From Octopus bimaculoides (taxonomy: Eukaryota): a DNA stretch of 64,000 nucleotides. The stretch covers positions 28,495,035 to 28,559,034 of the forward strand of contig NC_068988.1 of NCBI RefSeq assembly GCF_001194135.2, given 5' to 3'. The position numbers and the translations under genes are program-made. Positions within the stretch are counted from its first letter, which is position 1, and every line of letters starts with the position of its first letter. Shown piece after piece: positions 1-11,453 of this stretch. The notes below the pieces were generated by a model. It was not told where the DNA came from and searched no databases. It was given only the letters and a program-made list of their open reading frames with translations.

Positions 1-598
1 TAAAAAGAAGACCCAATAAGCCGAGCAAAATCGCAGTTGTGGCAGATACTGGTGTCAAGCAAACTGGCACCTATGCTGGTAGCACATAGACGCACCCTGG
101 TGTCACACAAATGGCACCTGTGCCGGTGGTACATAAAAGCACCCATTACACTCTCAATGTGGTTGGCGTTAGGAAGGGTGTCCAGCCATAGAAAGCTTTG
201 CCAAACCAGACTGGAGTCTAGCGCAGCCTTCCAGTATGCCAGCCCAGTCAAACCGTCCAACCCATGCCAGCATGGGCAACAGATGTTAAATAATGATGAT
301 GATGATGATGATGATGATTTACTCATAGCCTACTTGTATATTTTATCATACCTTATACATGTACAAACACCCTTGCATATCCTCGTAGTTCCATGCCTGA
401 AATGCTTATGTAAGCAAATTCTTGCTTTACATCATTATGAAGTACAGTTTTAGCAATAATTATTCTTTTAATTTCTTCATGTCTTTACTAGACCCATATC
501 TATTGTAGCTATTTCTATAACTCTATTGAATTAAATAGTTGACTATTACAATGGTATGAAACCAGTTTTGCAACGTCTTTCCGGTTGTTTCTTTACAG

Positions 599-846
599 AC
601 TAACTCATGCGGTGGAGCCCTCAAGAAAGCGAGTTCTAAAGAAGAGGAAGAAGCTAAAACAAGACTGGAATGCTTTGAAGCAGAGTATGACAGAATCTAT
701 TAAATTACCTTCAACCCTACCTGCGTATTCTGCTCGTGATGTTTTTGACCAGGCAAATCTACAATCAAAGAAAATCTCCATCAAGTTACCTGACACAGTT
801 GCTGTTGAAGAACCATCTGGAGACTTAACAATAAATATGGATACAG
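599..846 (+). CDS. RNPC3: RNPC3 (U11/U12-65K) internal coding exon
   Basis: ctttacag acceptor, gtagac donor; encodes LTHAVEPSRKRVLKKRKKLKQ...; basic linker between the RRMs; end phase 1 matches the next exon. Confidence 0.8.
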
Positions 847-1873
847 GTAGACATAATGTTGCTTGACCTTCTTTTACAAGGCTTCATTGTCACCAAAGAC
901 AAAGTAAATTACAAGACTGCTTTCTGTCCATTGATCTTCATTCCTTTTTTGCCTGGTTCAGTAATGATTCCATCAGCTCACTGTCTTGCAGGGTTGCTGT
1001 GATTCGTCTCTGCAACCAATAAACTTTCTCTCTTTTATCATACTTTAACTTCTCAACACCTAACATAAAACTGCTTCTCTCTCTCTATTACATTCTCATT
1101 CAGTTAAAGGGACTCATTAGCCCTGGTGTCATGGTAAAAAAAACACTCAGTCAGCTCTGTAAAATGGCTGGAATTAGGAACAATGTTGAATTTTAGAAAC
1201 AATGTCAAAGAAGACAACTGGAACATGATGCAATCCTTCAGCTTGTCTGATCCTGCCAATCCATCCAGCCCATGCCAAAATGAAAGGTGTGCATTAAACG
1301 GTGATGATGACACAGAGGAGCTAAACCAGCTTGCATATGGCAACTTCCATCATCATTTAATGTCCACTTTTAATTGCTGGCATGGGTCAGACGGAATTTG
1401 TTGAGGCTCATTTTCTATGGCCAAATGCCCTTCCCTGTTACCAACTTCCACTGGTTTCCAAGTAAGGTAGTATTTATCCGTGGCCAGAAATGTTTTCCAT
1501 GGACAACATCACTTGTTTGATAGAGAGGCTAATTAACAACCATCACATGATGCCGAGACAAGGATATACTCATGCACTCACACACACAGCAGGCTTCTTT
1601 CGGTTTCCATCTACCGAACCCATTCACAAGACTTTCATCAGCCTGGGGCTATAGTAGAAGACACTTGCCCAAGGTGCCACACAGTGCGAGTGAATCCCAA
1701 GGCCAAATGGTTAGAAAGCTTAAAGATGTAATATTCTTAGAGTCTGTGATTTTGATGATCCAACTTTATCATTAATTAATTCTATTACTATGTCTTTCCT
1801 GTATTTCCATGTTTTTGATGTTTTTATTTACATTTTGCTACATTATATAAAATTTCTATTTCTTTTGTATCAG

Positions 1874-1950
1874 AGACACTTAAAACAAATGAACCTGCAG
1901 ACCTGGAACAAAATTCTTCAGGTTTTGGTAAGATTGCGCCTTTAGAAAAG
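1874..1950 (+). CDS. RNPC3: RNPC3 coding exon
   Basis: tttgtatcag / gtaaat; ETLKTNEPADLEQNSSGFGKIAPLEK containing the conserved GFGKI motif; phase 1 to 0. Confidence 0.85.
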
Positions 1951-3668
1951 GTAAATATTCTTCTTCATATTTTTTATTCTTATTTTTTTTCTCTTTTGCC
2001 TATTTGTTTTCTTTATCTGCCATTTGTTATCTGTGTTTCTGCATATCACCAATTTCTTTGTAGTCCATAATCATCGTCATTATCTACTGACCGTTTTGTA
2101 TGCTGGCATGACTTGGACGGTTTTACAGGGGCTGGCAAGCTGGAGGGCTGCACCTGGCTCCATTTGTGTGCTTTAGCATGGCTTTTGTGGCCAGATGCCC
2201 TTCCTAATACCAACCACTTTACAGAGTGTACTGGGTATTTTGTATGTGGTGCCAGCATGGGCCCTTTTTATGAGCTACTTTCCTCATCAATAGTTTTTCC
2301 CTGTTATATTTGGACCGAAATTATTTTATAGATTTGCATATGTTGGACCAATGACAATTGCTATAATAAAGAAACAAGGGATGCAAATGGAGACAGTGGA
2401 GTTAACCCCTTTCCTCAAAGGCATTGCAATGCCCACAGCAGTGTTTCACCGCCTGTTTCTACAGACTTTTGATTGGTTTAATACTTTCGCATTATCGACA
2501 TTATGAAATGATTTGATACATTTAGAAATAATTACATGAGTAGAGATGTAAATTCTGGCTCTTTTGAACCTTTTGAAAATATATTATTATTTAGGTGCAG
2601 GTATAGATGTGTGGTTCAGAAGTTTGCTTCCTAACCACATGGTTTTGGGTTCAGTTCCACCTGATGGCATCTTGAGCAAGTGTCTTTTACTAGAGCTCCA
2701 GGCCAACCAAAACCCTTATAGACAGAAACTGAAATGAGCCTATGACCGAGACCTTTGGTGATATGCTGTGCTTCATCAAGGCGAATGAAATTGTAGTTAT
2801 GGCCGTTGCTAGTGTCATGTAAATTAGTGCTACTCAAAATGGTGGTCTGTGGACCGGTGCCGGTTTGTGAGCCATCAGCTGCCAGTACGTGGCAAGCTTC
2901 CAGAAAAGAAAGAAACGATAGCAGAATTTTAATAATTTTGCCTTATGCACTGCAGTAAGCAACTCATCAGCTTATGTGATATTGTTTACAAAATGGATAT
3001 AAGATAAAAAAAATTGTCAACTTTTATTATATTCATTACATGTTATGGAGATGTACTTGCATAGTACGTGACTTGATCTGAGATCATGTGCTGAAACAAA
3101 AACTATTGCAGCATGGAAGGTGTTTATATATTGTTTCTGGTGTAAATTGATATTACTAAGAAATATTACCAGTCAACTGGCACATTGGTAAAAAAAAGAA
3201 CTGCCAATATGCCACATCAGATAGTTTGAGAAGCACTGATGTAAATGGCACATAAAATGCACCCATTACACTCTTGGAGTGGTTGGTAACAGCAAAGGCA
3301 TCCAGCCATAGAAAATCTGCATCAGTAAATCCTTATTTCTTTACTGCCCACAAGGGGCTACACACAGAGGGGACAAACAAAGACAGACAAACGGATTAAG
3401 TCGATTATATCGACCCCAGTGCGTAACTGGTACTTATTTAATTGACCCCGAAAGGATGAAAGGCAAAGTTGACCTTGGCAGAATTTGAACTCAGAATGTA
3501 ACGGCAGACGAAATACTGCTAAACATTTTGCCCGATGTGCTAACAATTCTGCCAGCTCGCAGTAAATTCTGTCTGACCCATGATGATGATGATTATCTAT
3601 ATAAATATATAGAAACATTTTAGCTTTTTTTTCCTTTTACCTTAGATACCTGTATTTTTTATTTTCAG

Positions 3669-3765
3669 CCGAATTTACCTGTAGAAGAGGTAGAAGATGA
3701 TAAATTCAAAAACATTCAGTTTGTATCAACTGAGAAACTCCGACAAGGAAGGATATCATCGAAAG
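3669..3765 (+). CDS. RNPC3: RNPC3 coding exon
   Basis: attttcag / gtaagg; PNLPVEEVEDDKFKNIQFVSTEKLRQGRISSK, similar to vertebrate FISRRELEKGRIS; phase 0 to 1. Confidence 0.88.
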
Positions 3766-3809
3766 GTAAGGGTTTTTGGTGTCTCATAACAGATTTAGTC
3801 ATTTTTTTT

Positions 3810-4790
3810 TTATCATCATCATCATCATCATCGTTTAACGTCCGCTTTCCATGCTAGCATGGGTTGGACGATTTGACTGAGGACTGGTGAAACCGGATGG
3901 CAACACCAGGCTCCAGTCTGATTTGGCAGAGTTTCTACAGCTGGATGCCCTTCCTAACGCCAACCACTCAGAGAGTGTAGTGGGTGCTTTTACGTGTCAC
4001 CCGCACGAAAACGGCCACGCTCGAAATGGTGTCTTTTATGTGCCNNNNNNNNNNNNNNNNNNNNNNNNNNNNNNNNNNNNNNNNNNNNNNNNNNNNNNNN
4101 NNNNNNNNNNNNNNNNNNNNNNNNNNNNNNNNNNNNNNNNNNNNNNNNNNNNNNNNNNNNNNNNNNNNNNNNNNNNNNNNNNNNNNNNNNNNNNNNNNNN
4201 NNNNNNNNNNNNNNNNNNNNNNNNNNNNNNNNNNNNNNNNNNNNNNNNNNNNNNNNNNNNNNNNNNNNNNNNNNNNNNNNNNNNNNNNNNNNNNNNNNNN
4301 NNNNNNNNNNNNNNNNNNNNNNNNNNNNNNNNNNNNNNNNNNNNNNNNNNNNNNNNNNNNNNNNNNNNNNNNNNNNNNNNNNNNNNNNNNNNNNNNNNNN
4401 NNNNNNNNNNNNNNNNNNNNNNNNNNNNNNNNNNNNNNNNNNNNNNNNNNNNNNNNNNACCACCTCAGCCCAGGTCTTCCTGGGCCTACCTCTTCCACGG
4501 GTTCCCTCAACTGTTAGGGTGTGGCACTTTTTCACGCAGCTATCCTCCTCCATTCTCACCACATGTCCATACCAGCGCAATCGTCTCTCTTGCACGCCAC
4601 AACTGATGCTTCTAATGTTCAGCTTTTCTCTCAAGATACTTACACTCTGACGGGTATTCACATTGACATTACACATCCAACGGAGCATACTGGCTTCATT
4701 CCTTGCGAGCTTACGTATGTCCTCAGCAGTTACAGCCCATGTTTCACTGCCATGTAGCATGGTTGTTCGTACGCATGCGTCATACAGTCT
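3810..4790 (-). mobile_element. 5'-truncated RTE-like LINE (ORF2 C-terminus plus 3' UTR and (GAT)n tail), interrupted by an assembly gap
   Basis: - strand LHGSETW...RRLRWYGHV...RGRGRPRKTWAEV at 4790-4459; 3' UTR and tail at 4044-3810, in the correct order across the N-run; clade assigned by motif only. Confidence 0.8.
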
Positions 4791-5636
4791 ATATAGTCAA
4801 TTCATTGAATTCATTCCATAAAAGACAGCCAAACAGTTTTGTCTTTGATAACTTGTAACTCAAAACATGAAATCTAGTGCCAACCACTTTGAGAGTGTAG
4901 TGGGTGCTCTTGTCTTGATATTGTGTGACTGTTGTAAATAAGTGTCACTGTCATTCATTTCCAATTTTCTGCAAACATATGTTTGGCCATAAACGAAATA
5001 TTACTTTGTTTGGACACAGGTGAGGATTGGTGGCAGGAAGGGGGATCCAACTGTAGAAAATCTGCCTCAATAAACTCCATCTGATCCATGCATTCATGGA
5101 AAAGTGGATACTAAAACAAAGATGAGAAGAGCGGGACCCAAAGCTGTTTGCCAACTTGAAACTGTGGAAGACCATAAAGAGAAACAGTTATCAATAAAAT
5201 AGGCTTTTTTTGATATCACAGATCAATGGTTGTCGGTAATGAAATAAATATACACATGCTCTCAACCAAACATAGTGACACCCACAGACTAAAATAGGGA
5301 ATATTTTTTGTATGACTTAAAGGATTGGTCGCTGTTTAGTTACATATTTTGGGGTTGATTATAGATTTACTTATGGAATTTATTTACTGACACTGTTGTA
5401 CATAGAGTCAGTGTATTTGAAAGTTGTGGTTTCTTTGGTATGTTTGTTCCCAAACAACACTTATTTTAGTGCTGTGGACACCACCAGATTGAATGATACT
5501 GCCCAGATGTCAAAACCATAATGATATCTGTGGGGCAGCTGATGATGGGGGTATGTTGGATTGTTGGTATGGCTGTTTGCATTTGTGGAATAGTATTATA
5601 ACACACCATTTTGATATTTAATTATTTTAATTATAG

Positions 5637-5731
5637 AAATGAAAGAACTGTCAGTCTTCAAAAACTATCAACCTGGTGAACCATCAAGTCGACTTTATAT
5701 AAAAAATCTTTCCAGACATGTCACTGAGGAT
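5637..5731 (+). CDS. RNPC3: RNPC3 coding exon (start of RRM2)
   Basis: taattatag / gtaagt; EMKELSVFKNYQPGEPSSRLYIKNLSRHVTED, matching EMETLSVFRSYEPGEPNCRIYVKNL of RNPC3. Confidence 0.95.
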
Positions 5732-6401
5732 GTAAGTTTACTATTTCTATATTTTCTTTTATTTCTATATTTCTATATTTTATCTCTATATTTTCTTTTA
5801 TTTTATTTCTATATTTTCTTTTATTTTGTTTTTCCCTTTGCCAGTATTAATATAAGTAAAAGTTTGTGTATTGAGTATTACATTTCTTTTTTTTTTTTTT
5901 TTTTTTGATAGAAATATATTTAGGTGCAAGCATGACTGTGTGGTTAAGAAGCATGCTTTGCAACCACGTGTTTTTAGGTTCAGTCCCACTGCACAGCATC
6001 TTGAACAAATGTGCTCTTCTGTAACCCTGGGCTGACCAATGTCTTGTGAGTGAATATGCTTGATAGAAACTGAAAGAAGCCTGGCATATGCATGTGTGTA
6101 CCCTTGTCTAGACATCACCTGATGGTTGTAAATGAGCAGAACATGATCATCATACAAGCAAGGTTGTTTGTGTCCTGTCTTCTGTGAATAAGATGTCTAG
6201 CTATGGAAAAATAACACTTTGTTTAGAGACAGGTAAGGGTTGGTGACAGGAAGAGCATCCAGCTGTAAAAAAAAAACTCTGCTTCAATAAACTTTGTTTG
6301 ACCAATACAAGCATGGAAAAGTGGACATTGAATGATGATGATGATGGTGATGATGACGATGATGAATAAAATAACAAAACCATTTCTTTTCTCTCTTTCA
6401 G

Positions 6402-6460
6402 GACTTGTGGAAGATATTTGGTTTCTACATCAATTCCAAAAATGAAGATGAAAGGAACAT
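6402..6460 (+). CDS. RNPC3: RNPC3 coding exon (RRM2)
   Basis: ctctttcag / gtaagt; DLWKIFGFYINSKNEDERNM; phase 0 to 2. Confidence 0.92.
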
Positions 6461-7369
6461 GTAAGTATTACTGAAATAATTGTCTAAAACTGAATCCTTA
6501 ATTCTTAACATGTTCTCTCGCTCTAGTTTATTCTACTGAAATTAACAATGAGACCAAATAGGTCAAGTATTAAACATAATCGTAAGAGTGTGGTTTCAAT
6601 TCTTGGACCAGGCAGTCCATTGTAATTTTGAGTAGAACACTTCATTTCATGTTGCTCCAGTCCACTCGGCTGTAAATGAGAAATCTTGCAATAGCCAGGA
6701 GGTTAACCCTGTGATGGACTGGTGTCCTGTTCGGTGGGGAGGGTTGTAATCTCACTCGCTTATACAGCATCAAAAGAGAGGGGGGGGGGGAGATATGGTT
6801 TTAGTTTCAGCTTCTCTGCATGGCTCCTTGGGCAAGTGTCTTCTAGTATAGCCCTAGGCATTGTGATAGATTTGGTCGATAGAAACTGATATATATATGT
6901 TTATGTGTGTGTGTCTGTGTCTGTCTCCCACCACTGCTTGACAACTAGTGTTGGTGTGTTTACATCCCTCTAACTTAGCAGTTTAGCAAAAGAGACCAAC
7001 AGAACAAGTACCAGGCTTTAAAGAAAAAAATAAGCACTGGAGTTGATTCATTCAACTAAAAGTTTGAGGCGGTACCCCAGTATGGCCACGGTCTAATGAT
7101 TGAAACAAGTAAAACAAGAAGATAAAAAGATGTTGGTTGTTGAAATGAGAGAGGTGGAATGTAACCAGAAAGTCTTGGAGAGCAGAACCTATTATGGAGA
7201 CAATAAAAGAGGCGAGAACTGAGATGTTATGTTTGAAAGAATTTAGTGAATGGTAAAAAAGAATCAAATGATTAGGATGGAATTTATCTTTGTGGATTGT
7301 CTGCTATGTACTCACTGAAACCTTAGATATTTCATTTGATCGCAAACTTTACATCTCAATTGATTTCAG

Positions 7370-7502
7370 GTTTTACATCAGACTCATGCAAGAAGGACGG
7401 ATTCGAGGGCAGGCCTTTATTACTCTTCCAAATGAAAAAGTAGCCAAAGTAGCCTTGGAAGACACTAATGGCTTTGTTCTCTACAACAGACCTATGGTAG
7501 TA
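7370..7502 (+). CDS. RNPC3: RNPC3 coding exon (RRM2, RNP1)
   Basis: gatttcag acceptor; FYIRLMQEGRIRGQAFITLPNEKVAKVALEDTNGFVLYNRPMVV; ends at the U12-type donor GTATCCTTT. Confidence 0.95.
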
Positions 7503-8774
7503 GTATCCTTTTCATGATGATGATGATGATAATAATAATGACAATAATAATAATAATAATAGACACATTAGAAATGATAAAAAAATATTCAGACAAATAC
7601 ATAACAAAAACACCAGGACATAGCACTACTAGGCATTGCACCCATCCTACGTAAAACACTTTCAATACAGTAAAAATAAGAGCACAACAAACCACAGCAC
7701 ATACCCAAGGCATACAGAGCTGTGCTCGGTAGTGAAGTGAAAGCATATGATAAAAATAAGGTTACTGAATAATACTAATAATAACAACTCTTATCATGGG
7801 TGGTCATGATGGGTATTATGGGCTTCATATATTTGTACCCCAGTGTCACTTTGATAGCATTTGCTGCTCTCTCAATAATAATTTTTAATGTCCACCTTTT
7901 CCATACTTTCATGGGTCTGACAGAATTTGTTGAAGCAGATTTTTCTGCAGCTGGATGCTCTTCCTGTTGCTAACCTATACTTGTCCCCAAACAAAATCTT
8001 TAGAGAAAATCTGCTTCAATAAATTCTGCAAGCATGAAAAAGTGGACGTTAAAAGGATGGAAATGAAGTATGATTGATAAAACAAGGTAAGTAGTAGTTT
8101 TTTTTCTGTGATTTTTTTTTTTTTTCTAAATTTTTTACTTCTAACAATTTTTTTAATATTCTCAGCTATGTCAGTAATTTTTTGTTTGATCTACAATATA
8201 CTCTTAAATTAAGAAATACTGGTCTATTCTCATATCTACTGCATTTGATGGTATAAAAACACACATGGGGATATTAGACACATTCTAATTTCAGCATATT
8301 TAGAGAGAAACAATTCTTAGTGCATTTAAACTAGCCATATCTGGCCTAAATAAACTACCTGTTTTACATTCAAGCTATCAAAATCTGACCTCTCACACCC
8401 ACCCCGCAATGTCATTCTAAAAATATACAATTACTTCATCAAAATCTCAAAGCTTCAAAATAATGCATGATTCATTAAAAAAATAATGAGAATAAATACG
8501 TATTACATTTAGATAGAGTAATCTGTATGCTAAAGAATTAAAGCATGTAATATAGGCCCAAATTAGCATATTGGACACTGGGTAATTTGTTTGAAACTTT
8601 AAAAAAAAAATAAGTATGTGTTATATGCCATAAAAAATGGTAAGCGTCATTTGATAATGAAGAGAGAAGGCATTGTCTGAGTTTGGTGTATTTTGGAAAG
8701 CAAAGCAAATTGACGTGATTTTTGATGCATTTAATTTCTTTTTCAATGTAAAATAATCCTTAACTTATTTCCAG
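7503..8774 (+). other. RNPC3: U12-type (minor spliceosome) GT-AG intron in RNPC3
   Basis: 5' site GTATCCTTT at 7503, branch site TCCTTAAC at 8757-8764, AG at 8773-8774; splicing restores the conserved PMVV|QFARSA. Confidence 0.93.
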
Positions 8775-8819
8775 CAATTTGCCAGGTCTGCAAAACAGAA
8801 AGAAGGGGAGAAAAAATAG
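8775..8819 (+). CDS. RNPC3: RNPC3 last coding exon
   Basis: QFARSAKQKEGEKK* matches the vertebrate C-terminus QFARSARPKQ...; TAG at 8817-8819. Confidence 0.93.
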   Translation, partial: QFARSAKQKEGEKK

Positions 8820-8856
8820 AAACTGTATTTTTATTACTTGAAAATAATTAATTGTA

Positions 8857-8862
8857 AATAAA
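8857..8862 (+). promoter_or_regulatory. candidate RNPC3 polyadenylation signal
   Basis: first AATAAA after the stop codon, 37 nt downstream; AT-rich context makes chance occurrence possible. Confidence 0.5.
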
Positions 8863-9163
8863 ACATCAAATATTTTCTACTAATGTATTTAGTGCTGTTT
8901 TTCTTAAATACAATTCCATATTTCAGAAATTTACTGTATATTCAAGCATATGAGTTGAATTTTTCAGACTAAAATTTAGCAAAAAAACCGTAAGCCAAGG
9001 ACCAAAACTTCTATGTGAAATGCAGCAGGATTTGGAAAGATTGTGACAATGTTTGAATGTTTATGTTACATACTACGTTGACTTAGATGCCCAAAAAGAT
9101 GGTAAGTAGAAAGAAAGAAAATGAATCAATTTAATTATACTTAGAATATTATCTAATGATATA

Positions 9164-10002
9164 CAGAGTGCGATGAATATATTGTCGTCTATGTTACGCA
9201 AAAATGAAAATAACACTGACATCTTATTTTAACAGATATGTTTACCAAAATTACATAAAAATATCTTGAAATACTAAAGAGTAAATTTATTCAATAAAAT
9301 CGCCATTGGCTTCAACCACAGCCTCCAGATGACTTTGGAATCTCCTGCAACTCTTCTGGATGGTCTCTTTAATTAAGTTGGTGAATGTTGCCATAATCCT
9401 TGCCTTCAGTTCATCTTTGGTGTTACTTAGAGTTTTGTTGGTCTCTTGTTCAACTGCACCCCACACAGTTAGGTGTGATGTGGTCAAAAAAATTGTCTGA
9501 CAGCCATGACTGGGTTCTTCTGCCTGTGCGGCATGGTGCAAGAGTCCTGTTACCAGACACAGGTGCTTCCAGTAGCCACCCTCTTGACCCAGGGCAGCAC
9601 TACCTCCTGCAGACACTTGATGTAGGCCTCTGTGTTGAGTCTGAGGCTGTGTGGGAAGATGAACGGAAGGATAACGCTGCTATCACTAGTAATTACTGCA
9701 GACACCATGATGTTGACTGGATGTTCGACTTTTATCACTCTCGGTACGTTTTGGGGACACAGCAAGCCAACAGTTGTTCTGTGGGTTCAGCATCTGTTTG
9801 TATTGGAACTTCTGTCGCGAATACCAAGCAGTATAACATGTTGTTTCCAAATTTTTGGCTGAATGAATTGTGTCATGGTGCTCTTTTTCTCACAGATGGT
9901 GCCCAACTGATCCTACTATACTGTGTAGCTGACAAAATCAAAAACAAACAATGTGCAAAATTAAAAATTATAAAATGGTGACAATTTACCCATCGCACCC
10001 TG
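9164..10002 (-). mobile_element. internally deleted Tc1/mariner-superfamily transposon with decayed transposase
   Basis: imperfect TIRs CAGAGTGCGATGAATATATTGTC / CAGGGTGCGATGGGTAAATTGTC, TA on both sides; - strand remnants HPVNIMVSAVITSD...YIKCLQEVVLPW, VW*QDS and VWGAVEQETNK...CRRFQSHLEAVVEANGDFIE. Confidence 0.85.
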
Positions 10003-10014
10003 TATATCTTTTTT

Positions 10015-10211
10015 TTTTCTTTTATATGTTTGTCATTTGACTGCGACCATGCTGGAGCACTACCTTTAGTCAAACAAATTGACCTCAGAACTTATTCTTT
10101 GTAAGCCTTGTACTTATTCAATCAGTCTCTTTTGCCAAATCGCTAAGTTACAGGGATGTAAACACACCAGCATCAGTTGTCAAGCGATGGTGGGGGGGGG
10201 GACAAACACAG

Positions 10212-10243
<32 letters not shown>

Positions 10244-10408
10244 GACGGGGCTTCTTTCAGTTTCCATCTCCCAAATCCACTCACAAGGCTTTGGTCGGCC
10301 CGAGGCTATAGTAGAAGACACTTGCCCAAGGTGCCACACAGTGGGACTGAACCCGGAACCATGTGGTTGGTAAGCAAGCTACTTGCCACACAGCCACTCC
10401 TGCGCCTA
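10015..10408 (-). mobile_element. tRNA-headed SINE, family A (representative full copy)
   Basis: head GCAGGAGTGGCTGTGTGG...GGTTCAGTCCC (A/B-box-like), internal (TA)n(TG)n, tail ...GACTGAAACAAG. Other copies at about 5922-6100(+), 6790-7115(+), 21973-22390(+), 24853-25170(-), 29995-30385(+), 30596-30972(+), 33340-33800(-), 33826-34215(+), 39450-39850(-), 39960-40395(+), 46530-46850(-), 60780-61160(-). Confidence 0.85.
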
Positions 10409-10451
10409 TAATTATAAAACAAGAACACATAACATTTTTTTTTCATTTCAT

Positions 10452-10457
10452 TTTATT
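10452..10457 (-). promoter_or_regulatory. candidate ALS2 polyadenylation signal
   Basis: AATAAA on the - strand about 1 kb past the ALS2 stop; other AT-rich candidates exist. Confidence 0.3.
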
Positions 10458-11453
10458 GAGCAATGGATGGATGATGTAGAGAAAAGGATTTTATGCATTG
10501 TGAAAGAAGAATCGAAGTGAGTAGTTTTAAACGATCTTAAATAAATAAGTTTTTAGAGAATGAAATTAACACAAAATGAGAAATTATAGTTGATATCTAC
10601 ATGGGTGTTCCTTAGTTGATGAAGGAAGTATTTATTTCAGAGAAACATTTATGGAATTAGAATTACAAAAATATGCAAACAGAATACAGCATATACATAT
10701 ATATATACATATATATATATATTTATCAATTTAATGTGGCAGCAAGTTAGCTTGGAGCAGAGTTAAGGTGGGGGGTTTTCATATAATGTCTGTTAGTCAG
10801 ACTAAAAATCATATAATTTATATAAATTAATTACTTTTAGTCATTAGGAACAGCTATTAATTAACTGAATTTATAATACCAATATGGCTGGTTTAAATAA
10901 CTCCTCAAATCGTATGGATTGTTAGAATTTTCTTTGATTTTCTTTTCACAAATGTTACAGACCAGGAAGACTACCATTATAAGTGGACAAAGGTTTGATA
11001 ATAGCTGAGGTATATACTTTAGAAGACACAAGAACAAAAACAAAAAAAATCCCACAAGAGTAATGTCTTCTATGAAGTTAAATTCTGTCAAAATAGTAAT
11101 AATTTTTTGTAAAACTTTTTTGGGGGAGGGTCTGAATATTTCAGAAATAATTGCCAACTGTTGATTAACAACAATATACACGAATGACTGGAAGAGAATT
11201 TATGTTAGTGTGAAAGAAGAACGGTCTTTCTCCACAAGATAGCAAGGTAGCAACGTCAGCAAAAGCTGAAAGATTTAGCTATCAATTTTTACAAACAAAA
11301 TTAAAATAGGCTGCTTTAGGTTCAATATGTGTGTATGTGCAAGTGTATATATGTGTGTGTGTGTGTGTATTAGATGTCAACAACCTCTTTTCAGTTTAGT
11401 CAGTTTAAACACTGTATTAATTCAGATTTAGTATTCATCAGAATTGCTGCTTT

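Noticed and set aside
361-395. ATATCCTC at 377 as a U12 donor or USSE half-site in an RNPC3 intron
   Set aside because: Single, imperfect match with no tandem partner and no matching exon boundary.
3887-4650. Long ORFs spanning N-runs (also 32195-33062, 33367-33779, 49941-50960)
   Set aside because: Artifacts of translating assembly gaps and low-complexity DNA; only the LINE-derived part is real coding sequence.
6490-6512. TCCTTAAT / TTCTTAAC as a U12 branch site
   Set aside because: About 35 nt after a normal GTAAGT donor and about 870 nt from the acceptor; this intron is U2-type.
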